From the NCBI GenBank assembly GCA_036376035.1, contig DASVBC010000005.1, positions 26,930-90,929 of the forward strand: 64,000 nt of DNA. Direction: 5' to 3'. The stretch is from Caulobacteraceae bacterium (GTDB taxonomy: Bacteria; Pseudomonadota; Alphaproteobacteria; Caulobacterales; Caulobacteraceae). Within the stretch, counting starts at the first letter, position 1; each line of letters starts with the position of its first letter. The notes beneath the pieces are model-generated. The model was not told where the DNA came from. It made no database searches and saw nothing but the letters and a program-made list of their open reading frames with translations. Position numbers and translations under genes: made by a program. This document shows, piece after piece, positions 1 to 9,716 of the stretch.

Positions 1-1019
1 TCCACCACCGGGCAGAGCGAGCGGATGAACCGGGCGTCCGAGGTGCCGCCGCTGGTCGACAGCTCCGGCTCCACGCCCAGCGCCTCGCGAACGCCGGCCG
101 CCACCACCTCCGTGAACGGTCCCTCGCGCGTCAGGAAGGCCTCGCCGCTGATCAGCGGCTTCAGCACCACGCGCCCGGAAAACCCCTCGTTCGCGGCCCG
201 GCACTCGCCCTCCATCCACTCCACCAGCTCGGCGCCCTTGTGGGCCGGGTTGAAGCGGATGTTCAGCCGCGCCCTCGCCACGGCGGGGATCACGTTGGTC
301 GCGGTGTTGCCGACGTCGATGGTGGTGACCTCCAGGTTCGACGGCTGGAAGCCCTCATACCCCTCGTCCAGCACCCGCGACTGCAACCGGTCCAAAAGGC
401 GCACCAGCACCGGGATCGGATTGGCGGCCTTGTGCGGATAGGCGACGTGCCCCTGCTGGCCTTCCACGTCGATCCAGACGTTGACGCTGCCGCGCCGCCC
501 GACCTTGACCATGTCGCCCAGCCGCGCCGAGGAGGTCGGCTCGCCGACGATGCAGTGGTCGATCACCTCGCCCTCGGCGGCCAGCGCTTCGACAACCCTC
601 CTGGTGCCGTCCTGCGCCATGCCTTCCTCATCGCCGGTGATCAGGAAGCTGATCGAGCCGGCGACCTCCACCGCCGACACCGCGGCCACAAAGGCGGCGA
701 TGGCGCTCTTCATGTCCACCGCGCCGCGACCGTACAGCACGCCCTCGCGCACCTGCGCCTCGAACGGTCCGGCCTGCCAGGCGCTCTCGTCGCCGACCGG
801 CACGACGTCCGTATGGCCGGCGAAACACAGGTTCGGCCGCGCCGTCCCGCGCCGGGCGTAGAGGTTTTCGATCTCGCCGAACTTCATCCGCCGGCAGGCA
901 AAGCCCAGCGCCTCCAGCTCGCGCTGGAGCACGTCCATCGCCCCCTCGTCGGCGGGCGTCACCGAAGGGCGGCGGATCAGGGCCTGGCTCAGCGCCACGG
1001 GATCGACGGGAAAGCTCAT
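1..1019 (-). CDS. dapE: Succinyl-diaminopimelate desuccinylase (3' end runs off the window)
   Basis: Read manually; absent from the ORF track because there is no stop in the window. ATG at 1019, SD AAGGAG upstream, MSFPVDPVALSQALIRRPSVTPADEGAMD, later FAGHTDVVP, GRGAVDMK, LITGDEEG (M20/DapE motifs). dapD is nearby. Confidence 0.93.
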   Translation of the reverse strand, partial: MSFPVDPVALSQALIRRPSVTPADEGAMDVLQRELEALGFACRRMKFGEIENLYARRGTARPNLCFAGHTDVVPVGDESAWQAGPFEAQVREGVLYGRGAVDMKSAIAAFVAAVSAVEVAGSISFLITGDEEGMAQDGTRRVVEALAAEGEVIDHCIVGEPTSSARLGDMVKVGRRGSVNVWIDVEGQQGHVAYPHKAANPIPVLVRLLDRLQSRVLDEGYEGFQPSNLEVTTIDVGNTATNVIPAVARARLNIRFNPAHKGAELVEWMEGECRAANEGFSGRVVLKPLISGEAFLTREGPFTEVVAAGVREALGVEPELSTSGGTSDARFIRSLCPVV

Positions 1020-1064
1020 CGCCGCTCCTTATCGCGACCCGCGCATCTGAGCTACACTGCAGCT

Positions 1065-1514
1065 ATGAAGAAGATCGATCTCGCCCAGGCCGAATACCTG
1101 ACCGGCGCCCGCTATCCGGCGCCCCACGACCAGCCTTGCCTGACGCGCGAGCGCTGGCGCCTGGGAGATGTCGCCGGGCTGACCCAGTTCGGCGTCAACC
1201 TCCTGCGCCTGCCGGCCGGCGCCTGGTCGAGCCAGCGCCACTGGCACACCCACGAGGACGAGTTCGTCCATGTGCTCCAGGGCGAGGTCGTGCTGGTCAC
1301 CGACGCCGGCGAGGAGGTCCTGCGCGCCGGCGACAGCGCCGGCTTCAAGGCCGGGGTCAAGGACGGCCACCACCTGATCAACCGCTCCGACCGCGACGCC
1401 CTGGTGCTGGAAGTCGGCGGCCGCGACGACGCCAACGACTGCGGCGAATACTCCGACATCGACATGATCTTCACCCCCGCCGGCTTCGCCCACAAGGACG
1501 GCACGCCCTACTAG
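1065..1514 (+). CDS. Cupin domain protein
   Basis: C-terminal part of ORF 240..1514, ATG at 1065 (MKKIDLAQ). Motifs LTQFGVN, SSQRHWHTHEDEFVHVLQGE, GHHLIN. Confidence 0.85.
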   Translation: MKKIDLAQAEYLTGARYPAPHDQPCLTRERWRLGDVAGLTQFGVNLLRLPAGAWSSQRHWHTHEDEFVHVLQGEVVLVTDAGEEVLRAGDSAGFKAGVKDGHHLINRSDRDALVLEVGGRDDANDCGEYSDIDMIFTPAGFAHKDGTPY

Positions 1515-1525
1515 TCCCACCAACC

Positions 1526-1652
1526 CCGACCGCCCCGGCGAAGGCCGGGGTCCAGATGGAATAGCTCAGACGTGGGTTCTAAGGACGCTGAGCTGATCCA
1601 GTCAGTCTCTGCGCCTTGAGATCTGGGCCCCGGCCTTCGCCGGGGTGAGCGG
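1526..1652. repeat. REP-like inverted doublet, family B (CCCGGCGAA(A/G)GCCGGG arms)
   Basis: Left arm CCCCGGCGAAGGCCGGGGTCCAG, right arm CTGGGCCCCGGCCTTCGCCGGGGTGAGCGG. Related elements at 12762 and 29804. Lies between convergent genes. Confidence 0.85.
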
Positions 1653-1661
1653 AGAAGGGGG

Positions 1662-2492
1662 TTAGTCCCGCAACAGCTCGTTGATCGAGGTCTTCGACCG
1701 CGTCTGGGCGTCCACCGTCTTGACGATCACCGCGCAGTAGAGGTTCGGCCCGCCTTCGTGCGCGCTCGGCATGGAGCCTGACACCACCACCGAGTAGGGC
1801 GGCACATGGCCCCGGAACCGCTCGCCGGTCTTGCGGTCGATGATGGTGGTGGTGGAGGTCAGGAACACCCCCATCGACAACACCGACCCCTGGCCGACGA
1901 TGACGCCCTCGGCGACCTCGGCGCGCGCGCCGATGAAGCAGTCGTCCTCGATGATGGTCGGGTTGGCCTGCAACGGCTCCAGCACCCCGCCGATCCCCGC
2001 GCCGCCGCTGATGTGGACGTTCTTGCCGATCTGGGCGCAGGAGCCGACCGTCGCCCAGCCGTCCACCATCGAGCCCTCGTCGACATAGGCGCCGATGTTC
2101 ACGAAGCTCGGCATCAGGATGACGTTTCGCCCGATGAAGGCGCCGCGCCGCACGATCGAGCCCGGCACGGCGCGAAAGCCCGCGGCCTCGAACTTCGCCG
2201 CGTCCCAGCCCTCGAACTTGCCGGGCACCTTGTCCCACCAGGGGCCGACGCCCCCGCCGCTCGTCATCACGCTGTTGGGCGTCAGGCGAAAGGACAGCAG
2301 CACCGCCTGCTTGACCCACTGGTTCACCACCCACGCGCCGTCGACCTTCTCGGCCACCCGCACCTTGCCGGCGTCGAGCAGGGCGAGCGTCTCTTCCACC
2401 GCCTCGCGCACCTTGCCGGTGGTCGCGGTCGAAACCCCGTCCCGTGCTTCCCAGGCCGCTTCGATTTCGCGTTGCAGGTCGGTAGTCATCAT
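1662..2492 (-). CDS. dapD: 2,3,4,5-tetrahydropyridine-2,6-dicarboxylate N-succinyltransferase
   Basis: [56 protein letters not shown], hexapeptide repeats. Confidence 0.97.
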   Translation of the reverse strand: MMTTDLQREIEAAWEARDGVSTATTGKVREAVEETLALLDAGKVRVAEKVDGAWVVNQWVKQAVLLSFRLTPNSVMTSGGGVGPWWDKVPGKFEGWDAAKFEAAGFRAVPGSIVRRGAFIGRNVILMPSFVNIGAYVDEGSMVDGWATVGSCAQIGKNVHISGGAGIGGVLEPLQANPTIIEDDCFIGARAEVAEGVIVGQGSVLSMGVFLTSTTTIIDRKTGERFRGHVPPYSVVVSGSMPSAHEGGPNLYCAVIVKTVDAQTRSKTSINELLRD

Positions 2493-3148
2493 CAGCTCCG
2501 AAGGCGGGCGGCGGTCAGAAAGCCCGCCAGGTCGTGGGTCCTGTGGTGCACGAACGCCGCCGTGCTGGCGCCGGCATTAGCGCCCACGAGCACGGTTGTC
2601 ATGCCAAGCTCCGCCGCCGGTTTCAAATTGCGCTCGGAGTCCTCGAAAAACGCCGTCTCCCCCGCCACCACCGCATGCCGCGCCGCCAGCTTCTCGAACG
2701 TCTCCGGCGAGGGCTTGGGCACATAGTCGGCCGCGGCGATGTGGAAGACGTCCTCGAACAGCTCGGCCAGCCCCATGTGGCCCAGCACCCGCTCGGCGTG
2801 GCGGGCCGATCCGTTGGTGAAGACCAGCCGCCGTCCCGGCAACCGCGCCAGCGCGCTCGCCAGCTCGGCGTCCAGCGAAATGCGGTCCAGCGCCACGTCG
2901 TGCACCTCCTCCAGGAAGCGCTCGGGATCGACGCCGTGGTGGGCCATCAGCCCGGCCAGGGTGGTGCCGTGCTCGAACAGGTACTTCTTTTGCAGGGCCA
3001 GGGCGTCCGGCGCCGGCAGGCCTGTCTCGCGGGCGACGAACTGCGTCATCCGCCCCTCGACCAGCGTCATGAACTCACACTCGGCCGGGTAGAGGGTGTT
3101 GTCGAGGTCGAACAGCCAGGTCTCGACGTGCGTCAGGTCGGCGGTCAC
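2492..3148 (-). CDS. HAD-family pyrimidine 5'-nucleotidase
   Basis: FDLDNTLY motif I, FTNG, KPSPE, FFEDS. GTG at 3148 chosen for SD spacing (track start 3154). Stop overlaps the dapD start (TGATG). Confidence 0.88.
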   Translation of the reverse strand: MTADLTHVETWLFDLDNTLYPAECEFMTLVEGRMTQFVARETGLPAPDALALQKKYLFEHGTTLAGLMAHHGVDPERFLEEVHDVALDRISLDAELASALARLPGRRLVFTNGSARHAERVLGHMGLAELFEDVFHIAAADYVPKPSPETFEKLAARHAVVAGETAFFEDSERNLKPAAELGMTTVLVGANAGASTAAFVHHRTHDLAGFLTAARLRS

Positions 3149-3154
3149 CAACAC

Positions 3155-3272
3155 CTCTCCCTCCCCTTCATGGGGAGGGTGGCTCGCGAAGCGAGACGGG
3201 TGGGGCTGTGGCCGAACTCCCCCACCCGACGAGGCAAGCCTCGTCTTCCCTCCCCATGAAGGGGAGGGAGAG
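3155..3272. repeat. Palindromic intergenic element, family C (CCCTCCCC-N5-GGGGAGGG terminal hairpins)
   Basis: Terminal hairpins CCCTCCCCTTCATGGGGAGGG and CCCTCCCCATGAAGGGGAGGG. Near-identical architecture at 24479-24595. Confidence 0.88.
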
Positions 3273-3284
3273 GTGTTCTTGCCC

Positions 3285-4199
3285 TCATGCCCGGATCAAG
3301 GTCCCCGCCCCGTGCTCGCTGAACAGCTCGACCAGCATGGCGTGCGGGCGGCGGCCGTCGAGGATGACCACCGCATCGACTCCCGCCTCGACGGCCGCGA
3401 TGGCGGTTTCGAGCTTGGGGATCATGCCGCCGGTCGCGACGCCGTCCTCGATAGCCTTCCTCGCCTCCGCCACCGTCAGCTGGCGGATCAGCTCGCCGTC
3501 CTTGTCCAGCACGCCGGCCACGTCGGTCAGCAGCAGCATGCGCTTGGCCTTCAGCGCCCCGGCCAGGGCGCCGGCGACCGTGTCGGCGTTGATGTTGTAG
3601 GTCTCGCCGCTCTCGGACACCCCGATGGGCGCCACCACGGGCACATAGTCGTGCTCGGCGTGGATCAGGGCCTGCAGGATCTGCGGGTCGATGTGGGTCG
3701 GCTCGCCCACGAAGCCGAGGTCGATGACCTTCTCGATGTTGGAGCCGGGGTCGCGCTTGGTGCGCGTCGCCTTCTCCACGGTGATCAGCCGCGCGTCCTT
3801 GCCCGACAGCCCCACGCCCCGCACGTCCGCCTCGCGGCCCGCCAGGGTGATCCAGTTGGCGATTTCCTTGTTGATGGCGCCGGAGAGGACCATCTCGGCC
3901 ACCTGCATGGTCGCCTCGTCGGTCACCCGCAGACCGTCGATGAAGGTCGACTTCACGCCGGCCTTGTCGAGCATGGCGCTGATCTGCGGCCCGCCGCCGT
4001 GGACGACGACCGGGTGCACGCCGAGCAGCTTGAGCAGCACCGCGTCGGCGGCGAACAGGCGCGCGACCTCTTCCTCGCCCATGGCGTGGCCGCCGTATTT
4101 GATGACCACCGTCTCGCGGTCATAGATCTGGATGAAGGGCAGGGCCTCGGCGAGGGTGCGGGCCGTCGCCCATCCCCGCTCCTGGGTCTTTTGCGTCAA
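3285..4199 (-). CDS. argB: Acetylglutamate kinase
   Basis: [56 protein letters not shown] start. Confidence 0.97.
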   Translation of the reverse strand: MTQKTQERGWATARTLAEALPFIQIYDRETVVIKYGGHAMGEEEVARLFAADAVLLKLLGVHPVVVHGGGPQISAMLDKAGVKSTFIDGLRVTDEATMQVAEMVLSGAINKEIANWITLAGREADVRGVGLSGKDARLITVEKATRTKRDPGSNIEKVIDLGFVGEPTHIDPQILQALIHAEHDYVPVVAPIGVSESGETYNINADTVAGALAGALKAKRMLLLTDVAGVLDKDGELIRQLTVAEARKAIEDGVATGGMIPKLETAIAAVEAGVDAVVILDGRRPHAMLVELFSEHGAGTLIRA

Positions 4200-4263
4200 G
4201 GGCTCTGCTCCCCGTTACGGCGGCGCGTCAGATAGCGGACCCTCGCCGCCGCAACAACCACTT

Positions 4264-4438
4264 CGTCATCCGGGGCCTACCCCCTCCGTCATCCTCGGCC
4301 TACCCCCTCCGTCATCCTCGGCCTTGTGCCGAGGACCCAGAATTGAGGCGTTGCAAGCTCGTCAGGTGCGTTGGCCAAGACAGCGGCTAACCACCTTGCG
4401 CCTCGTCTCTGGGTCCTCGGGACAAGCCCGAGGATGAC
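4264..4438. repeat. REP-like inverted doublet, family A (4311-4438), preceded by two tandem 23-bp partial copies
   Basis: GTCATCCTCGGCCTTGTGCCGAGGACCCA at 4311-4339, inverted arm at 4410-4438. Tandem units CGTCATCC(GG/TC)GGCCTACCCCCTC at 4264-4286 and 4287-4309. Confidence 0.9.
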
Positions 4439-4446
4439 GCGGAAAT

Positions 4447-5094
4447 TTAGATCGAAACCCCGCACGCCGCCGCGATCTCCGCCCGCAGCGTCGGGATCCC
4501 CGCGCCCTTCTCGGAGGAGGTGGCCAGCACGCGCGGGAAGGCGGCGGGGCGCTTGGCGATGGCCTTCAGCGTGCGGTCGGTGACCGCCTCGACCTCGGGC
4601 GCCTTGAGCTTGTCGGCCTTGGTCAGGACGATCTGGTAGGACACCGCCGACTGGTCCAGCGCATCCAGCGCCTCCTTGTCGACTTCCTTGAGCCCATGGC
4701 GGGCGTCGATCAGCAGATAGACGCGCTTGAGGTTGGGCCGTCCGCGCAGGTAGTCGCGGCCCAGGTTCTGGAACTTCTTCACCTCGGTTCTGGAGGCCTT
4801 GGCCCAGCCGTAGCCCGGCAGGTCGACCAGCCGCAGCCGCTCATCCAGCACGAAGAAGTTCACCTCGCGCGTGCGCCCCGGCTCATTCGATGCCCGCGCC
4901 AGGTGCTTTTGGCCGACCAGCGCATTGATCAGGCTCGACTTGCCGACGTTGGAGCGCCCCGCGAACGCCACCTCCGGCAGGTCGGCGGGCGGCAGGCCGT
5001 CGATGGCCACCGCGCCCATCATGAACAGCGCCGGCCGGGCGAACAGCACCCGCGCGGCCTCGATCTCGTCGTCGCTGAAGAGCGGCTCGCTCAC
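4447..5094 (-). CDS. engB: Ribosome biogenesis GTP-binding protein YihA/YsxC
   Basis: [14 protein letters not shown] (G1), PGRT, DLPGYG (G3), LTKADK (G4). Confidence 0.96.
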   Translation of the reverse strand: MSEPLFSDDEIEAARVLFARPALFMMGAVAIDGLPPADLPEVAFAGRSNVGKSSLINALVGQKHLARASNEPGRTREVNFFVLDERLRLVDLPGYGWAKASRTEVKKFQNLGRDYLRGRPNLKRVYLLIDARHGLKEVDKEALDALDQSAVSYQIVLTKADKLKAPEVEAVTDRTLKAIAKRPAAFPRVLATSSEKGAGIPTLRAEIAAACGVSI

Positions 5095-6875
5095 GCGGGC
5101 TTGGACCGGAAGCGGCCGAGCACCTTGTCGATCGGATTATCGACGCCGAACCGGCGCATGATCACATACTGCTGCAGGATCGAAAGCAGGTTGTTCCACG
5201 ACCAGTAGATCACCAGGCCCGCCGCGAACGGCGCCAGCATGAAGGTGAAGACGATCGGGAAGAACTGGAAGATCTTCTGCTGCATGGGGTCGGGCGCGGG
5301 CGGGTTCATCGCCTGCTGCAGCCACATGGTGAAGCCCATGATCAGCGGCCACACCCCGATGTGCAGCGAGCCGTTTAGCAGGCCCCCGATCATGGGCGCT
5401 GTGGCCGGGTCCCACGGGATGGCGCCGAACAGGTTCCAGATGGTCGTCGGATCGCGCGAGGACAGGTCGTGGATCCAGCCGAAGAAGGGCGCATGGCGCA
5501 TCTCGATGGTCACGCTCAGCACCTTGTAGAGCGAGAAGAACACCGGGATCTGGATCAGGATCGGCAGGCAGCCCGACAGCGGGTTGATCTTCTCGCGCTG
5601 GTACAGCTGCATCATCTCCTGCTGCAGCTTTGGCGGGTCGTCCTTGTACTTGGCCTTCAGCTCCTCCATCCGGGGCTGGACCTTCTTCATCTTGGTGATC
5701 GACTCGTAGCTTTTGTTGGCCAGCGGGAAGAACACGATCTTCACCAGGACGGTCAGGCCAAGGATCGCCAGGCCGAAGTTGCCGACCAGGTGATAGAGCT
5801 GCTCCAGCACCCAGAAGAACGGTCGGGTGAAGAAGAACAGCCGCCCCCAGTCCACCGCGTCGTCCAGGCGCGGGATGTTCTCATCGTCCTGATAGCGCTT
5901 GAGCAGCGGCACGACCTTGGCGCCGGCGAACAGGCGCGTGGTCTCGGTGACCTGACGGCCGGGCGGAATGGCGCGCGGCTGGCCGACGTAGCTGGAGTCG
6001 TAGATGTCGACGCCCCGGTCGGTGGTCACCCGGAAGGCGCCGGTGATCTTCTCGCTCTGCTGCGGGATCACGGCCGCCAGCCAGTACTTGTCGGTGATGC
6101 CGAGCCACCCTCCGGTGGAGGCCTCGCTGACGGTCTTGTCCTTCTTCCAGGCCTTGTACTTCTTCAGCGACAGATTCCCGTCAAAGACGCCGATGGCGCC
6201 CTCGTGGACGATCTGGCTGCCGCCGTGGGCCTCGGGCAGGCCCTGTCGCTGGACCGAGGCGTAGGGCGCCAGCGTCACCGCCTGGGCGCCGGTGTTGGCC
6301 ACCGTGTCCTCGATGGTGAACAGGTAATGGTCGTCGACCGACACCTTGCGCGTGAAGACCAGACCCTGCGGCGTCGAGTGGGTCAGCACGATCGGATGGC
6401 CCGGCGACAGCGGCCCGCCCTCCTTCACCTGCCAGATCGTGTTGGAGGTCGGCAGGCCGGGCAGGTTGTCGCCGGTCCAGCCGAACTCGGCGAACCAGGC
6501 CTGCTTGGCGCCCTCGGGCCGGAACAGCTCGACCGGCGGGGAGTCCTTGTCCTCGGTCTCGCGGAAATTCTTCAGGTAGAGGTCGTCGATCCGCGCGCCC
6601 TTCAGCGTCAGCGAGCCGGCGAGCGCGGGCGTATCGACGGCGATGCGCGGGGTGGCGCCCTTGGCCTGGTCCCTCGTCAGCGGCTGCGGCGCGGCGCTCG
6701 CGGCGGGGACGTCGGGGGCGCTCGGCTGGCTCTGGCCGGCCACGGCGCTTTGCGACTTCAGGTCGGCCTGACGACGCTTGGCCGCCGGCTCCAGGACGAA
6801 GAACTGGTAGGCGACGAGGATGACGAGCGCAAAGACGATGAACAGGATCGTATTGCGGCTGGTGTCTTGTTGCAT
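5091..6875 (-). CDS. yidC: Membrane protein insertase YidC
   Basis: N-terminal TM, large periplasmic domain, [45 protein letters not shown]. Confidence 0.97.
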   Translation of the reverse strand: MQQDTSRNTILFIVFALVILVAYQFFVLEPAAKRRQADLKSQSAVAGQSQPSAPDVPAASAAPQPLTRDQAKGATPRIAVDTPALAGSLTLKGARIDDLYLKNFRETEDKDSPPVELFRPEGAKQAWFAEFGWTGDNLPGLPTSNTIWQVKEGGPLSPGHPIVLTHSTPQGLVFTRKVSVDDHYLFTIEDTVANTGAQAVTLAPYASVQRQGLPEAHGGSQIVHEGAIGVFDGNLSLKKYKAWKKDKTVSEASTGGWLGITDKYWLAAVIPQQSEKITGAFRVTTDRGVDIYDSSYVGQPRAIPPGRQVTETTRLFAGAKVVPLLKRYQDDENIPRLDDAVDWGRLFFFTRPFFWVLEQLYHLVGNFGLAILGLTVLVKIVFFPLANKSYESITKMKKVQPRMEELKAKYKDDPPKLQQEMMQLYQREKINPLSGCLPILIQIPVFFSLYKVLSVTIEMRHAPFFGWIHDLSSRDPTTIWNLFGAIPWDPATAPMIGGLLNGSLHIGVWPLIMGFTMWLQQAMNPPAPDPMQQKIFQFFPIVFTFMLAPFAAGLVIYWSWNNLLSILQQYVIMRRFGVDNPIDKVLGRFRSKPA

Positions 6876-6883
6876 GGAGCGGG

Positions 6884-7282
6884 CTAACCGGTGCGGGAGG
6901 GATCTGGCGCGTGCGCCTCACCGGCAGCGCCGGTTTGCGCGGCGAGGCTTATCAGCGCGCTTTTCACATCGTCAAGCAAACGCGGCCACGGCCGCGCCGT
7001 CGTGCCGCCCCTGGCGATGAGCACATAGTCGCATCCGGCCTGGCCAAGCTGCGGAACCAGCAGCCGCGCCGCCTCGCGCAGCCGCCGTTTGGCCCGGTTG
7101 CGCACCACCGCCCCGCCGATCTTCCTGGTCGCCGTAAAGCCGACGCGGATGGTCGCATCGCCATCGCCTCGCGGGCGCATCTGCACGAAGACCGCGCCCT
7201 TGGACAGGGCGCGCGCCTTGGCGGCGGCGAGGAAGTCCCGCCGCTTGCGCAGTTTCTCGATTTTGGGGGTGGCGTCGGTCAG
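6884..7282 (-). CDS. rnpA: Ribonuclease P protein component (probable CTG start)
   Basis: [25 protein letters not shown] (RNR motif) and DYVLIAR. The conserved KLRKRRDF N-terminus lies upstream of the track start (7186). Start inferred at CTG 7282. Confidence 0.9.
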   Translation of the reverse strand: MTDATPKIEKLRKRRDFLAAAKARALSKGAVFVQMRPRGDGDATIRVGFTATRKIGGAVVRNRAKRRLREAARLLVPQLGQAGCDYVLIARGGTTARPWPRLLDDVKSALISLAAQTGAAGEAHAPDPSRTG

Positions 7283-7301
7283 GCCGAGGCCTCGCTGGCT
7301 G

Positions 7302-7442
7302 TCAGGCCGTCAGCTTGGTGCGGCCCTTGGCCCGACGGCGGGCGATGATCTTCTGGCCGTTCTTCGTGGACATACGCAGCCGCCAGCCGTGACGGCGCTT
7401 ACGAACGAGGCGCGACGGTTGATAGGTGCGCTTGGTGGACAC
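7302..7442 (-). CDS. rpmH: 50S ribosomal protein L34 (46 aa)
   Basis: Read manually: GTG start, [52 protein letters not shown] 7 nt upstream. Confidence 0.97.
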   Translation of the reverse strand: MSTKRTYQPSRLVRKRRHGWRLRMSTKNGQKIIARRRAKGRTKLTA

Positions 7443-7532
7443 GGGACCGCTCCGGAAATGCGTTTACGCGCGAGAAGAGACCCCTCGCGATAGAGCGCGG
7501 GTGGATAAGGGAAGGTCGCCGCCCTGTCAACG

Positions 7533-8510
7533 TCAGGGGACGATCACCGCCTTCCCGATCACCTTCCGCTCCGCCAGCAGGTCGAACGCCTCGCGCCAGC
7601 GGTCGAGGGGGAGTTCGGCGTGGACCCTTGGCCTGATCTTGCCTTCGTCGGCCAGCGTCCAGACGGCCTGCGCGTTCTCGCGGCCGCGCTCGGGGAACTG
7701 GCGGCCGTATTCGCCGGCGCGCACGCCCATGACGGAAAAGCCCTTGATGAGCGGCATGTTGACCGAAACCGTCGGGATGCGGCCGGAGGTGAAGCCGATC
7801 ACCAGCAGGCGCCCGTCGAAGGCGATGCAGCGGACGCTCTCGTCGAAAACCTCGCCGCCGACCGGGTCGTAGATAACGTCCGCGCCGCGACCGCCGGTGA
7901 TCGCCTTCACGCGCTCGCGGAAACCGCCGGTGACGTTGACCGTCGCATCGACGTCGTACTCGCCGGCGACCACCGCCAGCTTGTCGTCGGAGGCCGAGGC
8001 GGCGATCACCTTCGCGCCCAGCACCTTGGCGAGGTCCACCGCCGCCAGCCCGACGCCGCCGGCCGCGCCGTGGACCAGCACCCACTCGCCCGGCTGCACC
8101 CGCGCGCGCCGGACCAGAGCGACGTAAGCCGTGAGGTAGGCCGCGCCATAGGCCGCGCCTTGCGCGAACGACAGCCGCTCGGGCTTCTTCTTCAGGGCCT
8201 CCGCCGACAGGACCGCGTACTCGGCGAACCCGCCCAGCCGCGCCCCGCCGACGACCGCATCGCCTACCTTCCAGCCGCCGACGCCTTCGCCCAGCGCGGC
8301 GATCTCACCGGCCAGGTCGAGGCCTGGGGTGAAGGGCAGAGGCGGTTTGAACTGATACTCGCCGCGCGTCATCAACAGGTCGGGGAAGTTCACGCTGGCG
8401 GCCTTCACGCGCACCAACACCTCGCCCGCGCCGGGCGAAGGCGTCGGCACATCGCGCACGGCGCAACCGGCGTAGTCCGGAGCCAAACTTTCAACGACGA
8501 GCGCTCGCAT
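7533..8510 (-). CDS. NADPH:quinone oxidoreductase family (MDR) protein
   Basis: ASVNFPD, PFTPGLDLAG, VHGAAGGVG, YDPVGG, IGFTSG. ATG at 8510 (MRALVV). Confidence 0.9.
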   Translation of the reverse strand: MRALVVESLAPDYAGCAVRDVPTPSPGAGEVLVRVKAASVNFPDLLMTRGEYQFKPPLPFTPGLDLAGEIAALGEGVGGWKVGDAVVGGARLGGFAEYAVLSAEALKKKPERLSFAQGAAYGAAYLTAYVALVRRARVQPGEWVLVHGAAGGVGLAAVDLAKVLGAKVIAASASDDKLAVVAGEYDVDATVNVTGGFRERVKAITGGRGADVIYDPVGGEVFDESVRCIAFDGRLLVIGFTSGRIPTVSVNMPLIKGFSVMGVRAGEYGRQFPERGRENAQAVWTLADEGKIRPRVHAELPLDRWREAFDLLAERKVIGKAVIVP

Positions 8511-8525
8511 CACCACTCCCACCCC

Positions 8526-8647
8526 GTCATCCTAGGCCTTGTGCCTAGGACCCAGAATCGAGGCGAAAGAGATTAGCCGGGACGACGCCACGTCACCCAC
8601 CTGAAATGTCGGCGTTTCTGGGTCCTCGGCACAAGGCCGAGGATGAC
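8526..8647. repeat. REP-like inverted doublet, family A
   Basis: GTCATCCTAGGCCTTGTGCCTAGGACCCA (8526-8554) and TGGGTCCTCGGCACAAGGCCGAGGATGAC (8619-8647). Homologous to 4311-4438. Confidence 0.9.
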
Positions 8648-8661
8648 GAGGGGCGGGGATG

Positions 8662-9705
8662 TCAGTGCAACATCCCGTCGTACGCCTGCCGCACGAATCC
8701 GGCGATCTCCCGGCAGGCCACGTCGGCCGCCGGGGCCGCGCCGGTGAAGGCGGTGAACCCGTGCGCCAGTCCGTCGTAGCAGCGGTAGATCACCGGCACG
8801 CCGGCGTCCTTCAGCCGCTTGGCGTAGCATTCGCCCTGGTCGACCAGCGGGTCGAACCCGGCGGTGACGACGATGGCGGGGGCCAGCCCCGTCAGGTCGG
8901 CCTCCTTGATCGGCGAGAGGCGCACGTCGGTCGGGTCGGCGTCGGGGCCCATGTAGTGGCCCATGAACCAGTCCATGATCGGCCGCGACAGCGGATAGGC
9001 GTCGGCATAGGTCAGCATCGACTGCGTCTCGCTCGACACGTCCACCGCCGGATAGATCAGGAGCTGCAACGCCGGCTGCGGCTCGCCCTTGCGCTTCATC
9101 TCCTGCGCCAGGATGGCCGAGAAGTTGCCGCCCATGGAATCGCCGCCGATGGCCACATGGCCCTCCGGCGCCCCGAAACGGGCGGTGTTGTCCCGCGTCC
9201 AGCGATAGGCGCAGAGCACGTCCTCCAGCCCCGCCGGCCACTTGTGCTCGGGCGCCAGGCGATAGTCGACCGACACCACCGCGCACCGCGCCACGCGGGC
9301 GATGATCGAGCAGAAGGCGTCGCACGTCTCCAGGTCCCCGATCACCCCACCGCCGAAGTGGGCGAACACCATCACCGGCGCCTTGGGGTCCTGGTCGGCC
9401 GGGTGGTAGGCGCGCAGCGGCAGCGCCCCGCCCGGCCCCTCGATGGTGAAGTCCTCGACCTTCACCCCCTTTTCGCGTTTTCCCGCCACCCCTTGCAGGC
9501 CCCGGGCGCTCGCGGCACGGCCCTCGGGGGCGCTCAGCGTATAGATCGCGGGCAGGTGACGCGCCGCGGCGGTCAGGAACTGGAAGTGCGGGTCGAGCGT
9601 GCGGCCGCCCTGGTAAACCACGCCGCCTCCCGACAGCAGCCGAAGCACCGGCGTCGGCAGGGACATCACCGCCTTGACGGCGAATCTGGGAAAGGCGTCG
9701 GCCAT
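8662..9705 (-). CDS. Alpha/beta hydrolase, HSL-family esterase/lipase
   Basis: HFGGG oxyanion motif variant, VDYRLAPEH, GDSMGG nucleophile elbow, FDPL, HGF. Confidence 0.9.
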   Translation of the reverse strand: MADAFPRFAVKAVMSLPTPVLRLLSGGGVVYQGGRTLDPHFQFLTAAARHLPAIYTLSAPEGRAASARGLQGVAGKREKGVKVEDFTIEGPGGALPLRAYHPADQDPKAPVMVFAHFGGGVIGDLETCDAFCSIIARVARCAVVSVDYRLAPEHKWPAGLEDVLCAYRWTRDNTARFGAPEGHVAIGGDSMGGNFSAILAQEMKRKGEPQPALQLLIYPAVDVSSETQSMLTYADAYPLSRPIMDWFMGHYMGPDADPTDVRLSPIKEADLTGLAPAIVVTAGFDPLVDQGECYAKRLKDAGVPVIYRCYDGLAHGFTAFTGAAPAADVACREIAGFVRQAYDGMLH

Positions 9706-9716
9706 ATCGGCTCCGG

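Noticed and set aside
4264-4324. Possible mini-CRISPR array (23-bp periodicity)
   Set aside because: The units are directly tandem with no unique spacers, derive from a REP arm, and no cas genes are present.
6884-7186. rnpA as a truncated gene or pseudogene, as the ORF track implies
   Set aside because: The frame stays open upstream and encodes the conserved N-terminus, so a non-canonical start explains it better.
5091-7532. Replication origin near rpmH-rnpA-yidC
   Set aside because: No dnaA or dnaN, no AT-rich unwinding region and no DnaA-box cluster seen. The 90-bp spacer upstream of rpmH looks like a plain promoter region.
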